Below are positions 35,743 to 44,019 of a DNA stretch of 48,328 bases, one piece after another. The notes beneath the pieces were generated by a model. The model made no database searches. It saw only the letters and a list, made by a program, of their open reading frames with translations, and was not told where the DNA came from. This DNA is from Acidimicrobiales bacterium. GTDB lineage: Bacteria; Actinomycetota; Acidimicrobiia; Acidimicrobiales; CADCTF01. The position numbers and the translations under genes were made by a program. Location: positions 1-48,328 of the forward strand of contig DATAKR010000058.1 of assembly GCA_036261495.1 (NCBI GenBank), given 5' to 3'. Numbering within the stretch: position 1 is the stretch's first letter; each line of letters begins with the position of its first letter.

Positions 35743-36792
35743 ATGCGCAACCCGAAGGACTTCTTCCGCCCGCTGGCCGTCGGTGCGCCCGAGCCGGTGC
35801 GCGAGATCCCGGTACGCCCCTCGCGCGTCATCCACTTCCTGCCGGGATCGAACCCGAAGATGGTGGCGAAGATCCCCGACATCGCCCCGACCGTCGACAT
35901 CCTCCTCGTCAACCTCGAGGACGGCGTTCCGGCGAGCGACAAGGAGGCGGCTCGCGCCGGGCTGATCGACGCCGGCAAGGCGTGGGGGACGCCGGGGACG
36001 CAGTTCTGGACGCGCGTCAACTCCCTGGACTCGCCGTGGTGCCTCGACGACATCGAAGCGGCGGTCACCGAGATCGGCGACAAGCTCGAGGTGATGATGA
36101 TCCCGAAGGTCGAAGGCCCCGAAGACATCCACTACGTCGACCGCCTCCTCGCGCAGCTCGAGGCGAGGGCCGGGTTGAAGCGTCCGATCCTCGTGCACGC
36201 CATCCTCGAGACGGCCCGCGGCGTCGCCAACGTCGAGGAGATCTGCGCGGCGTCGCCGCGGATGCAGGGGCTCTCGCTGGGCCCGGCCGACCTCGCCGCC
36301 AACCGCCGGATGAAGACCACTCGCGTCGGCGGCGGCCATCCGGGCTACCTGGTGCGCAGCGATCCCGCCGGCGACGATCTCAACGAGGGGCGGGTCACGG
36401 CCCAGCAGGATCTCTGGCACTACACGATCGCCCGCATGGTCGACGCCTGCGTCGCCAACGGGATACTCCCGTTCTACGGGCCGTTCGGCGACATCAAGGA
36501 CACCGTCGCCTGCGAAGACCAGTTCCGCAACGCCTACCTGCTCGGCTGCGTCGGCGGATGGAGCCTCCATCCCGTGCAGATCGCCATCGCCAAGAAGGTG
36601 TTCAGCCCCGACCCCGCCGACGTCGAGCACGCCAAGCGCGTCATCGAGGCCATGGGCGACGGGACGGGAGCGGTGATGCTCGACGGGAAGATGGAGGACG
36701 ACGCGTCGGTGAAGCAGTGCCGCGTCATCCTGGCGTTGGCCAAGGAGCTGGCCGAGCGCGACCCCGACCTGGCCGCCGCGTACGGTCTCTGA
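35743..36792 (+). CDS. mcl: L-malyl-CoA/beta-methylmalyl-CoA lyase-like enzyme (HpcH/HpaI-CitE superfamily)
   Basis: 349 aa. [91 protein letters not shown]. Strongly resembles characterised Mcl enzymes as I remember them. Confidence 0.75.
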   Translation: MRNPKDFFRPLAVGAPEPVREIPVRPSRVIHFLPGSNPKMVAKIPDIAPTVDILLVNLEDGVPASDKEAARAGLIDAGKAWGTPGTQFWTRVNSLDSPWCLDDIEAAVTEIGDKLEVMMIPKVEGPEDIHYVDRLLAQLEARAGLKRPILVHAILETARGVANVEEICAASPRMQGLSLGPADLAANRRMKTTRVGGGHPGYLVRSDPAGDDLNEGRVTAQQDLWHYTIARMVDACVANGILPFYGPFGDIKDTVACEDQFRNAYLLGCVGGWSLHPVQIAIAKKVFSPDPADVEHAKRVIEAMGDGTGAVMLDGKMEDDASVKQCRVILALAKELAERDPDLAAAYGL

Positions 36793-36825
36793 GCCCCACC
36801 TTACGAACGAGAGAGAGAGCGACAG

Positions 36826-37704
36826 ATGGACCAGAACCTGCGGCCGCGCCGCTCCGTCCTCTACATGCCGGGCGCCAACGAACGGGCGCTCGAGAAGGCC
36901 AAGACCATCCCGGCCGACGCGCTGATCCTCGATCTCGAGGACGCCGTCGCGCCCGATGCCAAGCCGGACGCGCGCGAGCGCGTGTGTGCGGCGGCGTCGT
37001 CCGGCGAGTACGGCCTCAAGGAGGTCGTGATCCGGGTGAACGGTCTCGACACCCAGTGGGGCGACGACGACATCCGGGCCGCGGCCGCCGCCGGCCCCGC
37101 CGCCATCCTCGTCCCGAAGATCGGCTCGGTCGCCGCGCTGAGCGAGGTCGAGCGCCGGCTCGAGGCCGCGGGCGCGCCCGACTCCACACGTGTCTGGGCG
37201 ATGCTCGAGACGCCGTCGGGTCTCTTCGATGCGCGCGCCATCGCCGCCTCGTCGGAACGGCTGGCGGTGCTCGTGATGGGCACCAACGACATCGCCAAGG
37301 AGCTCCACGCCGAGCACGTCCCCGGTCGCCAGCCCCTGCTGTTCGCGCTGTCGCAGTGCCTTCTCGCCGCGCGCGAGGCCGGCAAGGTGATCCTCGACGG
37401 CGTCTACAACGACATCCAGAACGCCGAAGGGTTCGAGGCCGAGTGCGTCCAGGGCCGCGAGATGGGCTTCGACGGCAAGACGCTCATCCATCCGTCACAG
37501 GTCGAGCCGTGCAACCGGGTGTTCGCCCCGAGCGAGGCCGAGGTCGACCAGGCGCGCAAGATCATCGCCGCGTTCGAAGACGCCGAGGCCCAGGGCAAGG
37601 GCGTCGTCACCGTCGACGGCCGCATGATCGAGAACCTGCACGTCGAGAACGCCCGGCGCGCCCTGGCACTCGCCGGCGCCATCGCCGAGCTCCAGGCCGG
37701 CTGA
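36826..37704 (+). CDS. CitE-like acyl-CoA lyase/thioesterase (HpcH/HpaI family)
   Basis: RRSVLYMPGANERALEKA, ILDLEDAVAPDAK, VRVNGLDT, LVPKIGS, MGTNDIAKEL, GFDGKTLIHPSQV. Confidence 0.8.
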   Translation: MDQNLRPRRSVLYMPGANERALEKAKTIPADALILDLEDAVAPDAKPDARERVCAAASSGEYGLKEVVIRVNGLDTQWGDDDIRAAAAAGPAAILVPKIGSVAALSEVERRLEAAGAPDSTRVWAMLETPSGLFDARAIAASSERLAVLVMGTNDIAKELHAEHVPGRQPLLFALSQCLLAAREAGKVILDGVYNDIQNAEGFEAECVQGREMGFDGKTLIHPSQVEPCNRVFAPSEAEVDQARKIIAAFEDAEAQGKGVVTVDGRMIENLHVENARRALALAGAIAELQAG

Positions 37705-37819
37705 GCGCAGGCTCGCTCCGGGTCGTTCGGGGGCGTCCGCCGGGACCAACGACCCTGCGCTGATCGCCGCGAACCGGGCACCGTCGGAGGTGTTCGACGG
37801 AAGAGGAGGAGCGGTTCCC

Positions 37820-38077
37820 GTGGGCATGCGCGTGTGGATCGATCAGGACCTGTGCACCGGCGACGGCCTGTGCGAAGAGGTGTGCGCGGCGACGTTCTCG
37901 GTCGGCGATGCCGGCCTCGCCTATGTGCGCGAGGACGCGAAGCACTTCGGCGAGGGGCGCTCGTTCGACGGCGCCGGCGAGGCCGGCCAGGCCCGCGTGC
38001 CCGACGGGTGGGAGGACGCGGCGATCGAGGCGGCGGAGACCTGCCCCGGCGAGTGCATCTTCATCGAAGTCGGCTGA
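37820..38077 (+). CDS. small ferredoxin (3Fe-4S/4Fe-4S single-cluster type)
   Basis: VWIDQDLCTGDGLCEEVC ... ETCPGECI. GTG 37820 lies 9 nt after AAGAGGAGGA. Alternative ATG at 37826. Confidence 0.8.
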   Translation: MGMRVWIDQDLCTGDGLCEEVCAATFSVGDAGLAYVREDAKHFGEGRSFDGAGEAGQARVPDGWEDAAIEAAETCPGECIFIEVG

Positions 38078-38093
38078 ACCCACCTCGCGCCAT

Positions 38094-38116
38094 CGCCGCC
38101 GCTGCCGGCGGCGTTT
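38094..38116 (+). terminator. GC hairpin CGCCGCCG-ctgc-CGGCGGCG followed by TTT
   Basis: Read directly, 17 nt after the ferredoxin stop. Confidence 0.5.
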
Positions 38117-38151
38117 CCCGAGGCAACCGGCCCGATTCGCCTCCCCGCCGT

Positions 38152-38204
38152 TTTCGAGGCGAACCGCCGCGGCGACGTGCGAGAACGCGCGTGTTCGCCT
38201 CGAA
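38152..38204. repeat. 13-bp perfect inverted repeat TTTCGAGGCGAAC ... GTTCGCCTCGAAA (27-nt loop)
   Basis: Read directly between convergent genes. A degenerate copy of the left arm (TTTCCCGAGGCAAC) lies at about 38114. Confidence 0.7.
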
Positions 38205-38209
38205 AGATC

Positions 38210-38256
38210 GGAGGGCGGGTCAGGCGGCGGCGTGGAGGGCGGGTCAGGCGGCGGCG
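38210..38256. repeat. 23-bp unit GGAGGGCGGGTCAGGCGGCGGCG duplicated with 1-nt spacer; the second copy contains the ACAD stop codon
   Basis: Aligned base by base. Confidence 0.9.
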
Positions 38257-39848
38257 CGGCGGACCAGCTGGCGGGCGATGACCTTGAGCGCCAGCGTCTC
38301 GTCGGCGCCCTCGAAGATCGACAGCACCCGGGCGTCGACGAACAGCCGGCTCACCGGGAACTCCTCGGCGTAGCCCATCCCGCCATGGATCTGCATGGCC
38401 TCCCGGGTGACCCACTCGGCGGCGCGGCACACGTAGGCCTTGACCATCGACGCCTCCATGGCGCCCTCGCCCTTGGCCATCAGCCGGGCGACCTCGTACA
38501 TGAACTGCCGGGCCGACTGGATGATCACCGCCATCCGCGCCAGCTTCACCTTGGTGAGCTGGTAGTCGACGATGGCCTCGCCGAACACCACGCGGTTCTG
38601 CGCGTAGTCGAGCGCCTGCTCGTAGGCCGCCTGCATCACGCCGACGGCCCGCGCCGCGGTCTGCAGCCGGCCGTTCTCGAAGCCCTCCATCTGCAGGTAG
38701 AAGCCCCGGCCGAGGCCGGCCTCGCCGCCGATGAGGTTCTCCTCCGGCACGATCCAGTTGTCGAACGCGACCTCATAGGAGTGCATGCCGCGGTAGCCGA
38801 TCGTGTCGATGGCGCGTCCCTCCATGCGCCCGCCGGTGCCCTCCTGGGTGAACTCGAACCCGTGGCCCTCGCCCCGCGGCTTGGGAACGATGAAGAGCGA
38901 CAGCCCGCGATGACCGGCGGAGCGATCGGGATCGGTGCGTGCGAGCAGCATCAGCACGTCGGCGCGGGCCGCGAACGTGCACCAGGTCTTGACGCCGTTG
39001 ATGGCCCAGCCGGGGCTGCCGTCGGCGGTCTCGGCGCGGGTGGCCGTCACCTTCAGTCCGGCCACGTCGGAGCCGAAGTCGGGCTCGGTGACGGCGACGG
39101 CGTTCATGATCTCGCCGGTAGCCAGCATCGGGAGCCAGTGCTGCTTCTGCTCCTCGGTGCCGCCCTTCACCAGGGCGCGGGTGAGGATCTCGGGCCGGGT
39201 GATCAGCGAGCCGCCGACTCCGAGCGATCCGCGAGCCAGCTCCTCGGTGGCGACCACCATCGCCATGTACTCGCCCTCGCCGCCGGCGGCGAAGCCGCCG
39301 TACTCCTCGGGCACCGAGAGCCCGAACGTGCCGATCTCGGCGAGGCCCGAGATCACGTCTTCGGGGATGTCGTCGTTGTGGCGATGGATGTGCTCGGCGA
39401 CCGGCTTGATCTTGTCGTCGGCGAAGCGCCGGAAGGTGTCCTGCACCATCTCGAACTCATCGTCGAGGTGACGCGGCCCCTGGTCGCCGGCGAGCGCCGC
39501 GAGGTACTCGGGGTCGCGGTAGGCGCGGACGAAGTCGCGGGTCGACGACAGCGCGCCCTCGTCGATGCCCCACTCCGGCTCGCGACCGATGGTCTTGGAG
39601 ATCAGGTCGAAGACGGCGTCGGCCACGAACGCGCAGGCGATGCGTGCTTCGAGATCGCCCTTGGCGCCGTAATCGAGGACGGCGCGCGCGTTCTCCACGG
39701 CAGCGGCAGCGTGGGCGAGGTCGTAGGCGACGACCTGGTTGGCGTCGAGGTCGCCGGCCGCGGCGAGCGTCTTCGCGGCGGTATCGACGACCGACTTCGC
39801 GGTGTCGACCACCGCGGCGGCGGCGGCGAGATCGGGGATCGCGGGCAT
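38244..39848 (-). CDS. long acyl-CoA dehydrogenase with an N-terminal extension of about 150 aa (methylsuccinyl-CoA-dehydrogenase-like architecture)
   Basis: 534 aa. An Ala-rich helical N-terminal extension precedes the canonical ACAD core: AVTEPDFGSDVAG, WCTFAARAD, QIHGGMGYAEEFPVSRLFVDARVLSIFEG. Confidence 0.8.
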   Translation of the reverse strand: MPAIPDLAAAAAVVDTAKSVVDTAAKTLAAAGDLDANQVVAYDLAHAAAAVENARAVLDYGAKGDLEARIACAFVADAVFDLISKTIGREPEWGIDEGALSSTRDFVRAYRDPEYLAALAGDQGPRHLDDEFEMVQDTFRRFADDKIKPVAEHIHRHNDDIPEDVISGLAEIGTFGLSVPEEYGGFAAGGEGEYMAMVVATEELARGSLGVGGSLITRPEILTRALVKGGTEEQKQHWLPMLATGEIMNAVAVTEPDFGSDVAGLKVTATRAETADGSPGWAINGVKTWCTFAARADVLMLLARTDPDRSAGHRGLSLFIVPKPRGEGHGFEFTQEGTGGRMEGRAIDTIGYRGMHSYEVAFDNWIVPEENLIGGEAGLGRGFYLQMEGFENGRLQTAARAVGVMQAAYEQALDYAQNRVVFGEAIVDYQLTKVKLARMAVIIQSARQFMYEVARLMAKGEGAMEASMVKAYVCRAAEWVTREAMQIHGGMGYAEEFPVSRLFVDARVLSIFEGADETLALKVIARQLVRRAAA

Positions 39849-39901
39849 GGCCGGAGGTTACCGACGTGCGTTCGCGCACTCCCACTCCGACTCCGGTCCC
39901 G

Positions 39902-39950
39902 GTTCTGCAGGCACTGGCGCGGCTTCAGCCCGCGCCAGTGCCTGCAGAAC
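39902..39950. repeat. palindromic intergenic element, copy 2 (perfect 21-bp stem GTTCTGCAGGCACTGGCGCGG-cttcagc-CCGCGCCAGTGCCTGCAGAAC)
   Basis: Read directly. Arms differ from copy 1 (13480..13526) by one base each. Confidence 0.85.
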
Positions 39951-39957
39951 GAGGCGG

Positions 39958-40608
39958 TCAGGACGCCGGGCGGCGGGCGACGACCGTCACCAGCGGGGGG
40001 AGCACGATGGCGACTTCGCCAGGGTCGACGCCGGTGAGGGCCTCGAGGTAGTCGGCCACACCGCCGGCACCCGCGCCGGCCGGAGCCTCGGCCCAGGCAT
40101 CGACGATCTCGAGCCCCGCGTCGCGCACGAGCGCCGGCAGCAGGGCACCGACGTCGGGATCGCGGGCGTCGGGGAACGACAGGGGCGTCCCGTCGACGCG
40201 GCCGGCGGTGGTGATCGGCTCTTGGGCCACCACCCAGCCGCCCGGCCGGACGGCGTCACCCATCCGGCGCAGCACGCGGACCGGGTCGACGACGTGCATG
40301 AGCAGGAACCGGCAGAAGGCGAGGTCGACCGGTTCGGGAAGGGTCAGGTCCTCACCCGACTGGGTGATGGCGATCACCTGGGCTCCGAGCGCGGCGGCCG
40401 CGCGCGCCACCTCGTCGCGCCGCGCCGGGTCGACGTCGACGGCGTAGATCCGCCCGTCCCGCCCCACGATCTCGGCGAGTGCGACGCTGACGTCACCGCC
40501 GCCGGCGCCGACGTCGACGCACCGCCATCCCTCGCGCAGCCCCAGGCGGTCGAGCGCGGTCGCGAGCGGCCGCCGGTAGACGTCGTTGCGCAGGCCGAGC
40601 TCGGTCAC
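39958..40608 (-). CDS. class I SAM-dependent methyltransferase
   Basis: CVDVGAGGGDVSVALA, IYAVDVD, VRPGGWVV. Confidence 0.8.
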   Translation of the reverse strand: MTELGLRNDVYRRPLATALDRLGLREGWRCVDVGAGGGDVSVALAEIVGRDGRIYAVDVDPARRDEVARAAAALGAQVIAITQSGEDLTLPEPVDLAFCRFLLMHVVDPVRVLRRMGDAVRPGGWVVAQEPITTAGRVDGTPLSFPDARDPDVGALLPALVRDAGLEIVDAWAEAPAGAGAGGVADYLEALTGVDPGEVAIVLPPLVTVVARRPAS

Positions 40609-40619
40609 GGTGGCGAACG

Positions 40620-41078
40620 CTAGCGACCGCTCGCGGCGGCGACGGCCGACACGAGGTCGTCGATCGAGGGCCGGTCGCGCGACGTCGCCTGGCGGTGGAG
40701 CATCGCGATCCGCCCGGCACCGTCGACGACGACGTCGCCGCCGAGCTGCGAGCCGTCGGCGGCCGACCGACCAAAGCCGAAGGCCCCGTAGGTGGCGAGC
40801 GACTCGTCGGTGGCCACCGTGAGCGGCTCGAGGAAGCGGGCGCGGTACCCGTGCAGGGTGCGGGGGCGCGCGTGGACGACGACGACGACCTCGGCGTCGC
40901 CGAACTCCTCGAGGCGGTCGCGCACGGCGGCCGCGTGGTCGCGGCAGGGCAGTCAGGCGAGGTCGCGCGAGTAGAGCAGCACGACCGGGTGGCCCCGGTG
41001 ATCGCGGAGGCGCCAGGTCGAACCTGCGTGGTCGACGAGCACGACGTCGGGCGCAGGGTCGCCGGAGGACAGAGCCAT
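40620..41078 (-). CDS. peroxiredoxin-like (AhpC/TSA-redoxin fold) protein with in-frame TGA at 40953..40955: candidate selenoprotein (U-L-P-C motif), or else a pseudogene
   Basis: Manual translation from ATG 41078 gives MALSSGDPAPDVVLVDHAGSTWRLRDHRGHPVVLLYSRDLA-TGA-LPCRDHAAAVRDRLEEFGDAEVVVV..., continuing in frame into track ORF 40620..40925. The TGA sits where the first Cys of the family CxxC(R) motif lies. Confidence 0.55.
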
Positions 41079-42264
41079 GCGCAACTATCGCGCGGTGACC
41101 GCGCCCCTCTCACGCACCGATCCCGCGCTCGCCGACGACCTGGTCGCCGCCGTCCGCACCTTCGTGGAGAAGGAGGTGCTGCCCGTCGCATCCGACCTCG
41201 AGCACGCCGACGAGTACCCGGAGGCGCTCGTCGCGCAGATGCGCGACCTCGGCCTCTTCGGCGCCACCATCCCCGTGGAGCACGGCGGGCTCGGGCTCGA
41301 CACCGTCACGTACGCGCGGATCGTCGAGGAGCTCGCCGCCGGCTGGATGTCGCTCTCCGGCGTCGTCAACACGCACCTGATCTGCGCCACCCTCATCCGC
41401 CTCCACGGCACCGACGGGCAGAAGTCCAGGTGGTTGCCGCAGATGGCGTCCGGTGAGCGGCGCGGGTGCCTCTCGCTGTCGGAGCCCGACGCCGGCAGCG
41501 ACACTCGGGCCCTGCGCTGCAAGGCCACGCGCGACGGCGACGAGTACGTGCTCAACGGCACGAAGATGTGGGTCACCAATGGCGAGCGAGCCGGCATCGT
41601 GGCGCTCGCCGCGAGAACCGACGAGGGCATCACCTGCTTCATGGTCGAGAAGGACCCGGGGCCGGCCTACAAGGGCATCGCCGTATCGAAGAAGATCGAC
41701 AAGCTCGGCTACAAGGGTCTCGAGACGGTGGAGATGACCTACACCGACCACCGGGTCCCGGCCGACTGGGTGCTCGGCGGGACCGACGCCGGCCTCGGCC
41801 ACGGTCTGCCGCAGATCCTCGGCGCGCTCGAGCTCGGGCGGGTCAACATCGCCGCCCGAGCGTGCGGCGTCGGGCGGGCCGCGTTCGAGGCCTCGATCCG
41901 GTACGCGCAGGAACGAGAGACGTTCGGCGTTCCGATAGCCCGGCACCAGGCGATCCAGTTCAAGCTGGCCGACATGGCCACCAAGCTCGAGGCGGCCCGG
42001 CTCCTCACTCGGTCGGCCGCGGAGAAGCTCGACACCGGCCAGCGGGCCGACGTCGAGGCCGGCATGGCGAAGCTGTTCGCGTCGGAGACGGCGCTCGAGC
42101 TCGCGACCGAGGCGATGCGCATCCACGGCGGCTACGGCTACACCACCGAGTTCCCGGTGGAGCGCTACTACCGCGACGCGCCGCTGATGATCATCGGCGA
42201 GGGCACCAACGAGATCCAACGCCTGGTGATCGCCCGCGGCCTGCTCGCGCGCTACAGCATCTGA
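41077..42264 (+). CDS. acyl-CoA dehydrogenase
   Basis: 395 aa. LSEPDAGSD, WVTNG, RIHGGYGYTTEFPVERYYRDAPLMIIGEGTNEIQ. Confidence 0.9.
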   Translation: MRNYRAVTAPLSRTDPALADDLVAAVRTFVEKEVLPVASDLEHADEYPEALVAQMRDLGLFGATIPVEHGGLGLDTVTYARIVEELAAGWMSLSGVVNTHLICATLIRLHGTDGQKSRWLPQMASGERRGCLSLSEPDAGSDTRALRCKATRDGDEYVLNGTKMWVTNGERAGIVALAARTDEGITCFMVEKDPGPAYKGIAVSKKIDKLGYKGLETVEMTYTDHRVPADWVLGGTDAGLGHGLPQILGALELGRVNIAARACGVGRAAFEASIRYAQERETFGVPIARHQAIQFKLADMATKLEAARLLTRSAAEKLDTGQRADVEAGMAKLFASETALELATEAMRIHGGYGYTTEFPVERYYRDAPLMIIGEGTNEIQRLVIARGLLARYSI

Positions 42265-42278
42265 TCACGGGGCCGCCG

Positions 42279-43910
42279 TCACGCCGCGAAGGACGCCGTC
42301 GCGAGCCAGCTCTCGAAGGCGTCCGGGGCGAGGGCCTTCGAGACGTGGTGCCCCTGGATCTCGTCGCACCCGAGCGACTCGAGTCGATCGATCGTGCCGG
42401 CGGTCTCGACGCCCTCGGCCACGACATGCAGTCCGAGGTCGTGACCGAGCCCGATGATCGACTGCACGACGGTGGTGCCCTGGTCGCTCGTCAGCTCACC
42501 GACGAACGAACGGTCGATCTTGAGCTCGTCGAGCGGAAGGCGTGACAGGTACGCGAGCGACGAGTAGCCCGTGCCGAAGTCGTCCATGCTCACCCTGGCG
42601 CCGAGCGCCTGGAGGCGGCGCAGGAGCGTCCGGGCCATGGGCAGGTCCTCCGCCATCTGGGTCTCGGTGAGCTCGAGCGTCAGCCGGCCGGGATCGAGCG
42701 CCTGGTCGTCGATGACCTTGGTGAGCACGCGCACGAGGTTCGGGTCGTAGAGGTTCCGTGCAGAGATGTTGGCGGCGACGCTGAGGTCGTGGCCCGAGTC
42801 GAGCCACCGCCGGCACTGCCGCGCGGCGCGGTCGATGACCCAGGCCGTGAGCGGGCCGATCAGCGCGCTCTCCTCGGCCATCGGGATGAACTCGGCCGGC
42901 GAGACCGGTCCGAGCGTCGGGTGGTTCCACCGCAGCAACGCCTCGGCGCCCTTCACGTGCTTGGTCGCGAGGTCGATCTTGGGCTGGAAGTGGAGCTCGA
43001 GCTCGCCGTTGTAGATGGCGTCGCGCAGCTCGGAGATGAGGGTGAGGCGCCGCATGTTGAAGCGGTCCTCGTGGGCGTTGTAGACGGCGACGCCACGCGG
43101 GGCGCGCTTCGCGAGCCACATCGCGACGTCGGCCTGGCGCAGGAGCTGGTCGGCATCGGTGCCATGGTCGGGGTAGCCGCTCACGCCGACGCTTGCGGTC
43201 ACCCGCACCGCCAGCTGGCCGGCGACGAACGGCGACGAGAAGGACCGGGCGACGCGGGCGGCGACCTCGTCGAGGCGCGCATCCTCCACCGGCACCAGGA
43301 GCGCGAACTCGTCGCCGGCGACCCGGCACACGGCGCGCACCGGCCCGGGCAGCCGCTCGAGGCGTCGGGCCACCTGATGGAGGATGAGGTCACCCTGACG
43401 ATGGCCGAGGGTGTCGTTGATCTCGTTGAAGTGGTCGAGGTCGAGAAGGACGACGGCCAAGCGCTCGCGATCGCCGCCGGTGACGGCCTCGTCGAGGCGG
43501 CGCACGAAGGCGTCGCGGTTCTCGAGCTCGGTGAGCGGATCGTGGCTCAGCATGTGGTCGAGGCGGACGCGTGTCTCCTCGGAGGCGGTGGTGTCGACCA
43601 TCGTGATGGCGACGTGCCCGGCGGCCACGGGCTTCATCTCGATCTCCACGACGCGCCGCCGGGCGACCTGGACGTTCGGGATGCGCAGTGGTGCGCCGGT
43701 GCTCGCCGCGTATGCGAGGGCGACGATGGCGCCGTGGTCGGGAAGGACCGACGTAAGCGGGCTGCCGACGGGAAGCTCACGGCCGAGCAGGCGGGCCGCG
43801 GCGGCGTTCGCCTCGACGAGGACGACGTCGTGCGTGGCCGACGCGTCGACGCGCCACAACGACATCCCGATGTCGACGCTGCGGAACAACGCCTCGTGGA
43901 GTGCCGTCAC
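42279..43910 (-). CDS. PAS-GGDEF-EAL signalling protein (c-di-GMP turnover)
   Basis: The GGDEF domain carries an AGDEF active-site variant (RVAGDEFALLV). The EAL domain has GAEALLRW, LELTE, DDFGTGYSSL, LKIDRSF, VAEGVET and QGHHVS. Confidence 0.9.
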   Translation of the reverse strand: MTALHEALFRSVDIGMSLWRVDASATHDVVLVEANAAAARLLGRELPVGSPLTSVLPDHGAIVALAYAASTGAPLRIPNVQVARRRVVEIEMKPVAAGHVAITMVDTTASEETRVRLDHMLSHDPLTELENRDAFVRRLDEAVTGGDRERLAVVLLDLDHFNEINDTLGHRQGDLILHQVARRLERLPGPVRAVCRVAGDEFALLVPVEDARLDEVAARVARSFSSPFVAGQLAVRVTASVGVSGYPDHGTDADQLLRQADVAMWLAKRAPRGVAVYNAHEDRFNMRRLTLISELRDAIYNGELELHFQPKIDLATKHVKGAEALLRWNHPTLGPVSPAEFIPMAEESALIGPLTAWVIDRAARQCRRWLDSGHDLSVAANISARNLYDPNLVRVLTKVIDDQALDPGRLTLELTETQMAEDLPMARTLLRRLQALGARVSMDDFGTGYSSLAYLSRLPLDELKIDRSFVGELTSDQGTTVVQSIIGLGHDLGLHVVAEGVETAGTIDRLESLGCDEIQGHHVSKALAPDAFESWLATASFAA

Positions 43911-44019
43911 TACGCGCAGTGTGACCGAGTACGGGCAGAAGCGAAATGGCCCAGCGGGGCTAATCGTCAGTGGACGAACGGGTCACTCACCAGGCCCCGT
44001 CGAGGAGCGCGGCGAAGGA

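Noticed and set aside
35109-37763. 884-aa ORF on the plus strand, and similar giants: 6391..9027, 37908..40037, 16819..18396, 11759..13480.
   Set aside because: The translations are Arg/Pro/Gly/Ala-rich low-complexity strings, typical of out-of-frame or antisense shadow ORFs in very GC-rich DNA. Each overlaps genes in other frames that have clear family signatures.
40620-40925. Stand-alone 101-aa gene, as listed in the ORF track.
   Set aside because: It begins in the middle of a redoxin fold. The missing N-terminal 51 codons, including the TGA, lie in frame upstream, so the unit is 40620..41078. It is either Sec-recoded or a pseudogene.
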